A stretch of 59,348 nt of DNA from Rickettsia sp. (GCA_038131245.1 JAYPPA010000011.1:1-59348), one strand, 5' to 3'; positions 8,021-17,748 are shown, numbered from the stretch's first letter. Program-made: numbers and translations. The notes: generated by a model from the sequence alone, not told the origin.

Positions 8021-10792
8021 ATGAAAAAAATTGCTTTAATTGATGGGTATGGATTCGTATTTCGCGCTTATCACTCTATGCCAGAACTAACCAGAGCTGA
8101 TGGAACTCCGGTTGGTGCTGTTTATGGCTTTACAAATATGCTGATAAAATTATTAGCAAGCCTCGATGTTAGCCACCTAGCGGTAGTATTTGATGCAGGC
8201 TCAAAAACTTTTCGCCACGACATTGACCCAAAATATAAAGCGAACCGTCCTCCCTGCCCAGAAGACCTAAAGCCACAATTTCCAATAGTACGCGAAGCCG
8301 CCGAATCACTCAATCTAGCCATCCTAGAAAAAGCCGGGGTTGAGGCTGATGATATTATCGCCACTTTAGCCAAAAAATACTCCAAAGATGGATATGAAGT
8401 AACGATTGTGTCTTCGGATAAAGATTTAATGCAGCTTGTCGACGATAAAGTCACAATGTATGACGCAATGAAAAATAAAATTGTCGGCAAAGATCAAGTT
8501 TTCGAAAAATTTGGCGTAAATCCAGATAAAGTTTTAGACATTTTATCATTAATGGGCGATGCATCAGACAATGTTCCAGGAGTTCGTGGCATTGGACCTA
8601 AGACTGCTTCTGAACTAATTAACAACTACGGAAGTTTGGAGGGAATCTTTGAAAATCTCGACAAAATCAAGCAAAAAAAACGCAAAGAATGCCTTGAAAA
8701 TGGCCACGAAAACGCCCTTCTATCAAGAAAACTAATAACTTTAAAAGAAGATGTTGAAATCGGCTTAACCGATGAAGACCTAGAAATTAAAGGCATTGAT
8801 GGCGAAAAATTAGTACATTTTTTGGATGAACAGGGCTTTCGATCACTCTTACAAAGAGTCAAAAGAGACTTTGGCATTGATGAGGCTATATCCAAAGCTG
8901 GACCTACTAAAAAAGCCGCCACCGATGATTCAAATTTTGCAAATATTACCAAAATCAACCTTGATAGTGAAGAAAAATTACTTCGCCTAGCTACTCAAGC
9001 TTCGAAAAATGGCAATATCACTATTAGTTTCCAACCCTCAGCCTCAACTTTAGGCGAAATCGCACTTTCTACCGCGAAAAACAACGATCTAGAAGAAATT
9101 TTTTATGCTGAAATTGGTGAAAACAACACAGTTAGCCAAGATTCCGACGATTTATTTGCCTCTCCAGCAAAAAAAGCTACAAAATCTATTGATCGAAAGT
9201 TATTTTTAATAAAATTAGCTGAAATTTTAAAAGATGACTCGATTCAAAAAATATTTTTTGACGCAAAGAAATTTTTTAGATTATTTTTATTTGCTCATGG
9301 AGACAGTGAATTTAAGGCCTACGAAGATATTTCATTAATTAATCATTTATTAAACTCTTCAGTTAAAAACGACTTTCGCGAATTAACTGATTTTAATTTG
9401 GATGAAAATTTTGATTCAGCCGGTTATAACAAAATTTTCGATGTTTTGGAGAAAGGTAAAATCCCAGAAGAGTTTGAGGATGAAGCAGTAAAACTTAACT
9501 ATTATTGCTTTAAAAATTTCTGCCTATTTAAACTTTACAAAATTTTATCACCAAAAATAATCGAAAATAAATTAACAAACTCTTATTTATCTTACGAAAA
9601 ACCTTTGCTTGAAGTATTGGCGCGTATTGAATTTAACGGTGTCAGCATTGACACAAAAGGTCTAGCTGAACTGTCTAAAGAATTTGAAGAAAATATTGTC
9701 CGCCTAACTAAGGAAATTTACGATATTTCCGGCTCTGAATTCAATATTGCCTCAACAAAACAGCTTTCTGAAGTGCTTTTTGATAAAATGAACCTAACTT
9801 CTTCGAAAAAATCGAAAAAAACTGGTAATTTATCGACAAAATCTAGCGTTTTAGAAGAATTATCTCTAGAAGGCCATAAAATTGCCGATAAAATTCTAGA
9901 ATTTCGTAAATTTTCAAAATTAAAAAACACCTATACGGATGCTTTGCCAAAGGAAATAAACAAAGAAACTGGGCGAATTCACACAACTCTTTCTTCGATT
10001 TCAACGATCACTGGAAGGCTTGCCTCAAACAAACCAAACCTACAAAATATTCCAATCAGGAGCGACGAAGGTAAAAAAATTCGCAAATGTTTTGTGGCTG
10101 AGAAAGGCAATGTACTAATTTGTGCAGATTATTCGCAAGTAGAGCTTCGGGTTTTAGCGCATATTGCCAAAATAAAAGACTTAATTCAAGCCTTTAAAGA
10201 TGACAAAGATATTCACGCGATTACTGCTTCGCAAATTTTCAAAGTCCCAGAAAGCGAAGTCTCAAAAGATTTGCGATCAAAGGCTAAAGCAATTAACTTT
10301 GGAATTATTTACGGAATAAGCGGATTTGGCCTAGCCAAACAGCTTGGAATTTCTAGGCAAGATGCATCTGAATATATCAAAAACTACTTGGCAACCTACC
10401 CTGGCATCGAGGAATTCATGCAAAAATATAAGCAAATCGCCAAAGATAATGGTTATGTTGAAACGATTTCAGGACGAAAATGTTTCATCAACGCCATTAA
10501 CAGCAATAATCACATGATCAAAATGGAAGGTGAAAGACTGGCTATTAATGCTCCAATCCAAGGCAGCGCCGCCGACATCATCAAAAAAGCCATGATCAAT
10601 CTTGACGAAAAATTTATTAAAGACAAAATTGACGCGAAAATTATTCTACAAATTCATGACGAATTAATCATTGAAACTGAAGAAAAAAATGCTGAAAAAG
10701 TTTCAAAAATCGTTGAAAAAGAAATGCGCAGCGCAATGATCCTTGATGTCATGCTTAAGGTTGATGTTGCAATAGGTAAAGAGTGGAGCTAA
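8021..10792 (+). CDS. polA: DNA polymerase I
   Basis: 5'-3' exonuclease (LIDGYGFVFRAYH, EADD), polymerase motifs ADYSQVELR, KAINFGIIYG and QIHDEL; the 3'-5' exonuclease domain looks degenerate. Confidence 0.98.
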   Translation: MKKIALIDGYGFVFRAYHSMPELTRADGTPVGAVYGFTNMLIKLLASLDVSHLAVVFDAGSKTFRHDIDPKYKANRPPCPEDLKPQFPIVREAAESLNLAILEKAGVEADDIIATLAKKYSKDGYEVTIVSSDKDLMQLVDDKVTMYDAMKNKIVGKDQVFEKFGVNPDKVLDILSLMGDASDNVPGVRGIGPKTASELINNYGSLEGIFENLDKIKQKKRKECLENGHENALLSRKLITLKEDVEIGLTDEDLEIKGIDGEKLVHFLDEQGFRSLLQRVKRDFGIDEAISKAGPTKKAATDDSNFANITKINLDSEEKLLRLATQASKNGNITISFQPSASTLGEIALSTAKNNDLEEIFYAEIGENNTVSQDSDDLFASPAKKATKSIDRKLFLIKLAEILKDDSIQKIFFDAKKFFRLFLFAHGDSEFKAYEDISLINHLLNSSVKNDFRELTDFNLDENFDSAGYNKIFDVLEKGKIPEEFEDEAVKLNYYCFKNFCLFKLYKILSPKIIENKLTNSYLSYEKPLLEVLARIEFNGVSIDTKGLAELSKEFEENIVRLTKEIYDISGSEFNIASTKQLSEVLFDKMNLTSSKKSKKTGNLSTKSSVLEELSLEGHKIADKILEFRKFSKLKNTYTDALPKEINKETGRIHTTLSSISTITGRLASNKPNLQNIPIRSDEGKKIRKCFVAEKGNVLICADYSQVELRVLAHIAKIKDLIQAFKDDKDIHAITASQIFKVPESEVSKDLRSKAKAINFGIIYGISGFGLAKQLGISRQDASEYIKNYLATYPGIEEFMQKYKQIAKDNGYVETISGRKCFINAINSNNHMIKMEGERLAINAPIQGSAADIIKKAMINLDEKFIKDKIDAKIILQIHDELIIETEEKNAEKVSKIVEKEMRSAMILDVMLKVDVAIGKEWS

Positions 10793-10829
10793 AATTAACA
10801 ACCTTCCTTCCTTGATTATTTCCTCTCAA

Positions 10830-10911
10830 ATATACTATACCCCAGTATAGGATACCACCACAGAGCAGCTATATAAGAGAATCCAGTATACTATACCCCA
10901 GTATAGTATAC
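10830..10911. repeat. Two direct copies of a 26-bp palindrome separated by 30 bp
   Basis: 10830-10855 ATATACTATACCCCAGTATAGGATAC and 10886-10911 GTATACTATACCCCAGTATAGTATAC (24/26 identical). The second is a perfect 11-bp inverted repeat with a CCCA loop. Confidence 0.9.
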
Positions 10912-10933
10912 AAAAAAAGCACCTCGCAAAAAT

Positions 10934-12250
10934 TCACTTTCCGATGCAAAACTTAGAGAAAATCACATCCAAAATATCATCAACACCAATTTTTCCAGTA
11001 ATGCGACCAATTTCACTAGAAGCAATGCGCAAATCTTCACCAGCCAATTCAATATTTTTGTCTAGACTAAACTCCTCCAAAGCATTTAGAGCGTGAGTCA
11101 GTGAATCGCGGTATCTCTGCTTAGTTATCAAAGCTTCGTTAACATTTGGAATGAGTTTTTTCACTTCATTTTCGATTTTCTCAAGCAGCAACTCAAGATT
11201 TTTCCGACCCTTTAAAGAAATTTCCAAATCAAAATCACCATTAATAGCTCTAACCCCCAAATCAATTTTATTAGCCACTCGAATCACTGGTTTTTGCCCT
11301 AAATCAGCCAAATCTTCATTAAAATCAGCATTTTCCTGCGATAAATCTGACATTAAAATCACCAAATCAGAATCCTTAGCCCTTTGAACTGCGCGCTTAA
11401 TTCCCTCTTGCTCAATCTGGTCATTGCTAGCCCTAATTCCGGCTGTATCAGAAATCCTCACTGGCACGCCAGCGATATCCAAACTAACATCAATCACATC
11501 TCTCGTAGTTCCAGCAATTTCAGAAACGATCGCAACTTCACTTTTGGCCAAAAAATTCAATAAACTAGACTTTCCAACATTCGCAGCCCCAATGATTGCC
11601 AAACCAAGGCCATCCTTAATTTTCTGACCAACTTTATTATCATTAAGATGATTAGCAATTTGCGACTTTAAGTCCAAAACGCGCTCGCCAACTTGCAAGG
11701 CTAAATCATTTGGAATATCCTCATCAGGAAAATCAATGAAACTCTCAATCAAAGCCAAAATCTCAATAATTTGAAAACGCCAATTCTCATAAATACCACC
11801 AAGCCACCCCTCAAGCTGTTTTAGCGCCTGTTTATGCTGTAATTTCGTTTGCGCATTGACCAAATCAACAATCGCCTCGGCCTGAACTAAATCAAACTTG
11901 TTATTTAAAAAAGCAATTTTGGAAAACTCCCCAGCCTCAGCCACCCTAACTCCATCAACACTAGCCAAAACCTCCATCACCTTATTAGCAATAAAAACTG
12001 AGCCATGTAGTGAAATCTCGACCACATCCTCACCAGTGAAACTGTGCGGAGCCTTAAAATAAGTAACAACCGCATGATCAAGTAAATCACCACCTTCATC
12101 ATAAATTTTCGAAAAAATAGCTTTATTTGGCGAAAAATCCCTCCTTACACCAAGAGCCTCAAGGCAATCCAAAGACCTTTCACCAGAAATTCTAAGGACA
12201 ATTACGCTAGAGGATGTTAGGGCTGTGATTGGTGCAAATATTGTTGCCAT
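10934..12250 (-). CDS. mnmE: tRNA modification GTPase MnmE
   Basis: SFTGEDVVE, GAANVGKSSL, AGTTRD, DTAG and C-terminal FCIGK. Confidence 0.98.
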   Translation of the reverse strand: MATIFAPITALTSSSVIVLRISGERSLDCLEALGVRRDFSPNKAIFSKIYDEGGDLLDHAVVTYFKAPHSFTGEDVVEISLHGSVFIANKVMEVLASVDGVRVAEAGEFSKIAFLNNKFDLVQAEAIVDLVNAQTKLQHKQALKQLEGWLGGIYENWRFQIIEILALIESFIDFPDEDIPNDLALQVGERVLDLKSQIANHLNDNKVGQKIKDGLGLAIIGAANVGKSSLLNFLAKSEVAIVSEIAGTTRDVIDVSLDIAGVPVRISDTAGIRASNDQIEQEGIKRAVQRAKDSDLVILMSDLSQENADFNEDLADLGQKPVIRVANKIDLGVRAINGDFDLEISLKGRKNLELLLEKIENEVKKLIPNVNEALITKQRYRDSLTHALNALEEFSLDKNIELAGEDLRIASSEIGRITGKIGVDDILDVIFSKFCIGK

Positions 12251-12252
12251 GA

Positions 12253-13299
12253 TTAAGGAAATACCGGCGCAATTGAAAGCCCAAGTCTCTCATCTAAGCC
12301 AAAGGCGATATTCATATTCTGTACAGCCTGCCCAGAGGCCCCTTTGCACAAATTATCAATCACACTAACAATAACCGCTCTATTTTTAGTTCTAGCCTGA
12401 TTAACTGAAATATTGCAAAAATTCGTCGCTCTAACATCGCTAATTTGGACTTCAGAACAAATATTAACGAAATATTCATCATCATATTTGGTTTTTAGGC
12501 AATTTTTTAGATCATCAACACTAAATCCATCAGCAATATCAACATAAATCGTCGAAATAATTCCTCTATTAATCGGCAATAAATGCGGCGTAAAATCAAT
12601 TTCAACATTTTGACTAGCAGCGCTACTTAGCTCTTGCTCTATCTCGCCGTTATGTCTATGCCCACCAATTCCATAAGCCTTTACCGATTCGTTGACTTCG
12701 GCAAATAAATTAGCAACTTTTGACATTCTCCCAGCACCAGTAACCCCAGACTTTGAATCCACAATAATATTATCAGCAAAAATCAATCTATTTTGCAAAA
12801 GCGGAATTAGCGGCAATAAAGCCGAAGTCGGATAGCAACCAGGACATGCAATCAAATTCGTCTGAGAAATTTGACTTCTGTAAATTTCACTAAGCCCATA
12901 AACTGCGTGATTTTGCAAATCCTTTGCTACATGTTCATGACCATACCATTTTTGGTAATTTTGCGGATCAGAAAGCCTAAAATCAGCAGATAAATCAATA
13001 ATCTTAAGATTAGGATTTACATTAGAAGCAACAATATCAGAAATAACCTCCTGTGAAGTAGTATGCGGCAAGCAGCAAAAAGCCACATCCATAGCAGCCA
13101 AATCAACCTCTTCAAGCTTTCTAAGTCCCGGTAGAGCAAAATTCGCAAAATGCGAATAAAGATCCTCAATATTTTGTCCAGCATTTGAATTCGCCACCAA
13201 AGCAGCAATATTCACATTTGGATGATTTAGCAACAACCTTATAAGCTCTGCACCAGTATAGCCAGAAGCCCCGATAATCACCGCATTTAATTTTGTCAT
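12253..13299 (-). CDS. argC: N-acetyl-gamma-glutamyl-phosphate reductase
   Basis: GASGYTG, DLSADFR, ACPGCYPT and IDNLCKGASGQA. Confidence 0.97.
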   Translation of the reverse strand: MTKLNAVIIGASGYTGAELIRLLLNHPNVNIAALVANSNAGQNIEDLYSHFANFALPGLRKLEEVDLAAMDVAFCCLPHTTSQEVISDIVASNVNPNLKIIDLSADFRLSDPQNYQKWYGHEHVAKDLQNHAVYGLSEIYRSQISQTNLIACPGCYPTSALLPLIPLLQNRLIFADNIIVDSKSGVTGAGRMSKVANLFAEVNESVKAYGIGGHRHNGEIEQELSSAASQNVEIDFTPHLLPINRGIISTIYVDIADGFSVDDLKNCLKTKYDDEYFVNICSEVQISDVRATNFCNISVNQARTKNRAVIVSVIDNLCKGASGQAVQNMNIAFGLDERLGLSIAPVFP

Positions 13300-13342
13300 T
13301 TTTTAGTTATTTATTTAACAACCCAATCTATATCCAATATAA

Positions 13343-13371
13343 ATTATAGCATATTGAGTTAATTTTGTCAA
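13343..13371 (-). promoter_or_regulatory. Sigma70 promoter for argC-mnmE
   Basis: TTGACA-AAATTAACTCAATATGC(17)-TATAAT on the minus strand. Confidence 0.75.
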
Positions 13372-13395
13372 ATTATTTGAAAACTTATTTAGCAA

Positions 13396-14142
13396 CTACA
13401 GCTCTTTGGCCACCTCATCGGTAAAATCATAATTACCATAAACATTTTGCACATCATCACAATCTTCAAGATTATCCACCAATTTCATGATTTTTTGCGC
13501 TTTTTCTAGATCATCAATTTCCAAATCCTCTTTAGCCTTCCATTCTATTTTAGCAGAAATCGGATCGCCAAACTTCTCAATTAACTTATCTCGAGTCTCA
13601 ATAAAAGATTCCATAGTCGTAAAAGCAACATGAATCTCCTCATTTGACTCAACATCATCAGCCCCACTCTCCAAAGCAAATTCAAAAAACTCATCTTCAC
13701 TAGCCTTATCGCCTTCAAATTGAATAATCCCAACATGATCAAACATAAAACCAACCGACCCAGTCTCACCAAGAGACCCACCAGCCTTAGTAAAAATGCT
13801 TCGCACCTCACCTGCGGTTCTATTTTTATTATCAGTCATAGCCTCAACAATAATTGCAATTCCACCCGGAGCATAACCCTCATAACGAATCTCATCATAA
13901 TTACTAGTATCAGCCCCAGACGCAACCTTCTTAATCGCCGCTTCAATACGATCCTTAGGCACATTATTCGACCTAGCCTCAATCACCGCACTTCTAAGCC
14001 TTGGATTAAAATTAAGATCCGCCTGCCCAGTTTTAGCCGCAACAGTAATCTCCTTCAACAATTTCGTAAAGAATTTACCTCTTTTCTTATCTTGAGCACC
14101 TTTCCTATGCTTGATATTTGCAAATTTCGAATGTCCTGCCAT
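13396..14142 (-). CDS. yebC: YebC/PmpR family protein
   Basis: MAGHSKFANIKHRK, YEGYAPGG, TDNKNRT and DDVQNVY. Confidence 0.96.
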   Translation of the reverse strand: MAGHSKFANIKHRKGAQDKKRGKFFTKLLKEITVAAKTGQADLNFNPRLRSAVIEARSNNVPKDRIEAAIKKVASGADTSNYDEIRYEGYAPGGIAIIVEAMTDNKNRTAGEVRSIFTKAGGSLGETGSVGFMFDHVGIIQFEGDKASEDEFFEFALESGADDVESNEEIHVAFTTMESFIETRDKLIEKFGDPISAKIEWKAKEDLEIDDLEKAQKIMKLVDNLEDCDDVQNVYGNYDFTDEVAKEL

Positions 14143-14184
14143 TAGTAATACTTTTTACTTTATCTTATTATCATATAAAACCAC

Positions 14185-14314
14185 TTTTAAAGCAAAATAT
14201 TCAAAGAGATTTCTTTGTTCTTTTATTTTTGAGGCAAAAAATGTACTCTTTTAGTACCTTGAGCGTCGCAAAAATCAAAAACGAATAAATATCGCAGAAT
14301 ATTTTGCTTTAAAA
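14185..14314. repeat. 130-bp palindromic element (RPE/MITE-like)
   Basis: Perfect 18-bp terminal inverted repeats (TTTTAAAGCAAAATATTC at 14185-14202 and its reverse complement at 14297-14314), imperfect inner pairing and an apical GTACT-CTTTT-AGTAC hairpin. Confidence 0.8.
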
Positions 14315-15037
14315 TTATTTTATTGTTGTAAATTTACCCTTACCTTGTACCACATCACAAAGTGCATTTTCACCCTTAATTGAAAACACAATGATTGGTA
14401 ATTTATTATCTTTAGCTAGCGTAATCGCAGTTTGATCCATCACCCGCAAATCTTGCTTTAACACATCAATATATTTTATTTCTTCATAATGCACAGCATT
14501 CTTATCCACCTTAGGATCAGCAGAATAAACCCCATCAACCTGAGTTCCTTTGAAAATAGCATCACAGCCCATCTCTACAGCCCTTAAAACAGAAGCAGTA
14601 TCAGTCGTAAAAAATGGATTACCAGTTCCAGCACTAAAAATAACAACCCTGCCCCTTTCAAGATGCCTGGTCGCTCTTCTTTTGATATATGGCTCGCAAA
14701 TCGTGTTCATCTGAATCGCAGATTGCATCCTAGTCACCACACCCTCTCTTTCCAAAGCAGACTGCAGCGCAATACCATTCATCACAGTCGCAAGCATCCC
14801 CATATAATCAGCACTCGCCCTTTCAATATCCTTAGCCGCCTTAGAGACTCCGCGAAAAATATTGCCACCACCAACAACTATCGCAATTTCACAACCTAAA
14901 TCATAAGCATTTTTAATCTGAGTTGTAACCATCCTCATCGCTTCTGGATCATGGCCAAAATCCTGATTACCCATCAAAGCCTCACCAGAAACTTTAAATA
15001 ATATTCTTTTGAATTTTAGATTTTGTTGATTTGTCAT
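14315..15037 (-). CDS. pyrH: UMP kinase
   Basis: [23 protein letters not shown] and GNPFFTTD. Confidence 0.98.
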   Translation of the reverse strand: MTNQQNLKFKRILFKVSGEALMGNQDFGHDPEAMRMVTTQIKNAYDLGCEIAIVVGGGNIFRGVSKAAKDIERASADYMGMLATVMNGIALQSALEREGVVTRMQSAIQMNTICEPYIKRRATRHLERGRVVIFSAGTGNPFFTTDTASVLRAVEMGCDAIFKGTQVDGVYSADPKVDKNAVHYEEIKYIDVLKQDLRVMDQTAITLAKDNKLPIIVFSIKGENALCDVVQGKGKFTTIK

Positions 15038-15203
15038 AATCTCAATTGTTTTCTTAAATTATATGATACATTTCTAGGAATGTAAAGAAGAATTTAAGGT
15101 GAGATCATCTTAGCGACATAACTTACGAATTCTAAGCACCACAAGCCACTTATGAAAAATTACAATTTCCTAAGCTCTTTTGGACAAGCAAATTCTTTGC
15201 TTA

Positions 15204-16118
15204 CTATTTCGTCATAGAAGCCACTTCAGCCGCAAAATCATCTTCTTTTTTCTCAATACCTTCACCAAGAACAAAAAGCTTGAAATCAACAATTTTAGTT
15301 TCAGAATTTTCCTTAGAAAAATCCTTAACAACATCTTTGATTTTCTTTTTATCGTCCATAACAAAAGCTTGCTCAAGAAGCACAACCTCTTCATAATATT
15401 TACGAATTCTACCTTCAATCATTTTTTCAATGATATTTTCAGGCTTACCAGAAGCACGAGCTTGATCTTTCAAAACCTCAGTTTCACGGTTAAGCTTTTC
15501 TGGATCCAAACTCTCAATATTTAAAGACTCAGGCTTAGTCGCAGCAATATGCATTGCAATTTGTTTACCAAGCTCTTCCAATTTAGCCTCGTCAACTTTT
15601 GACTCAAGTGCAACCAAAACAGCAATTTTACCCATATTTGGAGCAACCGCATTATGAATGTAACTTACCACTTTACCATCTTTAACTTCCAAATTATCAA
15701 TTCTTCTCAAATTGATATTTTCACCAATCACGCCAATTTGATTTTTAATTTCTTCATCAATTGTATGTGATTTCCCAGGATAAGCCGCAGCCTTATATTT
15801 TTCAATATCATTTCCAAATCCAAGCGCAGCCAAAGCCAAATCAGCAGCAAACTTTTGAAACTTTTCATTTCTAGCCACAAAATCCGTTTCTGAATTAAGC
15901 TCAATAACACAAACTTCATTACCTTTAGAAGCAACAGCCACAACACCTTCCGAAGTAACCCTTCCGCCTTTTTTAACAGCCGCAGAAAGACCCTTCTTTC
16001 TAAGCCAATCCACAGACTTATCAAAATCATCACCATTTTCAGCCAAAGCTTTGTTGCAATCAGAAATCCCACAACCAGTAGCTTCACGAAGTTTTTTAAT
16101 TAATTTTAAGTCAGCCAT
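15204..16118 (-). CDS. tsf: Elongation factor Ts
   Basis: KKLREATGCG, ELNSETDFVA and AMHIAA. Confidence 0.98.
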   Translation of the reverse strand: MADLKLIKKLREATGCGISDCNKALAENGDDFDKSVDWLRKKGLSAAVKKGGRVTSEGVVAVASKGNEVCVIELNSETDFVARNEKFQKFAADLALAALGFGNDIEKYKAAAYPGKSHTIDEEIKNQIGVIGENINLRRIDNLEVKDGKVVSYIHNAVAPNMGKIAVLVALESKVDEAKLEELGKQIAMHIAATKPESLNIESLDPEKLNRETEVLKDQARASGKPENIIEKMIEGRIRKYYEEVVLLEQAFVMDDKKKIKDVVKDFSKENSETKIVDFKLFVLGEGIEKKEDDFAAEVASMTK

Positions 16119-16259
16119 TTTTCTTTAATTTTTTAGTTTAGTATATTTATTATGAAATTTTTCGCCAAAAATCCCCAAAGAAACCTAAGGCTCAAAATAA
16201 CATATAACTAGAGCGACAGATTTTTAAATCTAATCTTTTTTCTCTTCTTTAGCTTCTGT

Positions 16260-17216
16260 TTATTTCTTAGTTGAAGCTTTAGTTTCTTTTTTTACTTCCT
16301 CTTTCTTAGTTGTTTTTGCCTTAGTAGAAGCAGCCTTTTTCTTAGGTGCAGCCTTCTTCTTAGCAGGCTCTTTTTCCTCCTCCTTAACTTTAACAACTAT
16401 TTTTTTCTTAGAAGTTTTTGGCTCAACTGGCTTTTTCTCTTCTTTAACCTCTTCTTTTTTAGATTCTTTCTTAATCTCAACAGGTTTCTTAGCAACTTTA
16501 GAAAGATCAATACCAGAAGCAGACATATTCTCTTTAATTCCAGAAAGAATAGTATCGCAAAGCAATTTACAATATAATTTAATCGCCTTAGTAGAATCAT
16601 CATTTCCAGGAACAACATAAGTCACGCCATCCGGAGAGCAATTACTATCAACAACAGCCAATACTGGAATATTCAATATTTTAGCCTCTTGAATAGCAAT
16701 ATCTTCTTTATTTACATCAATAATAACAATTAGATCAGGATATCCACCCATTTCTTTAATTCCACCTAAAGCCTGCTCTAATTTAAGTCTTTTACGATCA
16801 AGAACAAGCCTCTCTTTTTTATTAAGACCAGATTCTTTATCCTGTAGTTGAGCTTCAATTTTCTTCAAAGTTTCAATAGACTGTGAAACTGTCTTTAAAT
16901 TTGTCAACATCCCACCAAGCCATCTATGGTTAACATAATACTGACCACATTTTTGCGCAGCCTCAGCAACAATAGCAGAAGCTTGCTTTTTAGTAGCAAC
17001 AAACAAAATTTTACCGTTATTTCTTGCAACTTGATGAGTCGCTAAAAGCCCTTTATGAAGCATTCTCGCGGTTTTATTAAGATCAATGATGCTTAAGCTG
17101 TTTCTCTTAGAGTGGATAAATTGCTCCATTTTCGGATTTTTGCGCATAGTCTTATGGCCGAAATGAACGCCAGCTTCCAAAAGCTGCTTTATAGTAAATT
17201 GAGGTATAGTAGTCAT
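16260..17216 (-). CDS. rpsB: 30S ribosomal protein S2 with a long Lys/Glu/Ala-rich tail
   Basis: LLEAGVHFGH, RWLGGMLTN and PGNDD. Confidence 0.98.
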   Translation of the reverse strand: MTTIPQFTIKQLLEAGVHFGHKTMRKNPKMEQFIHSKRNSLSIIDLNKTARMLHKGLLATHQVARNNGKILFVATKKQASAIVAEAAQKCGQYYVNHRWLGGMLTNLKTVSQSIETLKKIEAQLQDKESGLNKKERLVLDRKRLKLEQALGGIKEMGGYPDLIVIIDVNKEDIAIQEAKILNIPVLAVVDSNCSPDGVTYVVPGNDDSTKAIKLYCKLLCDTILSGIKENMSASGIDLSKVAKKPVEIKKESKKEEVKEEKKPVEPKTSKKKIVVKVKEEEKEPAKKKAAPKKKAASTKAKTTKKEEVKKETKASTKK

Positions 17217-17229
17217 AATTATTTATATT

Positions 17230-17310
17230 TTGGTTATATACCAGCCAAAGAGCGATAACTTATCGGGTAAAACCTTCAAAGCACCAAAATTGCCCCAAGC
17301 TGTGACATTA
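17230..17310 (-). ncRNA. Probable rpsB (S2/t44-type) leader RNA
   Basis: About 100-nt 5' UTR, richer in GC than its surroundings, with GGUGC and UGG...AUAACC segments reminiscent of S2 leaders. Boundaries are approximate. Confidence 0.45.
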
Positions 17311-17328
17311 TTATTAAATCTATCTACT

Positions 17329-17357
17329 ATTATATAAAGTTATTTTGTAATTTGCAA
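17329..17357 (-). promoter_or_regulatory. Sigma70 promoter for rpsB-tsf
   Basis: TTGCAA-17 bp-TATAAT on the minus strand. Confidence 0.65.
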
Positions 17358-17367
17358 GAAAAAATTA

Positions 17368-17748
17368 CTATTCTACCTTAATTTTTTCCTTCAAATCTTC
17401 AATAGTAGTTTGAGAGAAATTCTTTTCTTCAAAGAAAACTCCAAAAATCAACACAAAAATCAATAAAATCACCCCTAAATAGATAGAAATGACAAAATTT
17501 TTATTAGAAAGTGATATTTTTGAACGAAAATCAGCATTTTTGTCAGAATTTTCATCAATTATCTTATAATCAGCATCAATATAGTCCTTTTTCTTTGTCT
17601 TTTGCTTAGATTTACCTTCTTTGCCAATTAATTTTAGAGCAAAAATCCTGACTTTTGTCACCAAAATAGTGCTTATAAACACCCAAATCAAGTAAATTAA
17701 CAACGGAATTATTGCAAACCATATCTTTAAAAGTAATTTAAGCATCAT
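17368..17748 (-). CDS. Small two-TM membrane protein, unknown function
   Basis: Two hydrophobic segments flanking a basic loop with YIDADYKII; overlaps the zapE stop. Confidence 0.7.
   Translation of the reverse strand: MMLKLLLKIWFAIIPLLIYLIWVFISTILVTKVRIFALKLIGKEGKSKQKTKKKDYIDADYKIIDENSDKNADFRSKISLSNKNFVISIYLGVILLIFVLIFGVFFEEKNFSQTTIEDLKEKIKVE

Noticed and set aside
10830-10911. Bona fide CRISPR array
   Set aside because: Only two repeats, no leader and no cas genes in the window; kept only as an unexplained repeat.
10886-10918. Intrinsic terminator for polA or mnmE
   Set aside because: The hairpin is followed by A7 on the plus strand and preceded, not followed, by U7 on the minus strand.
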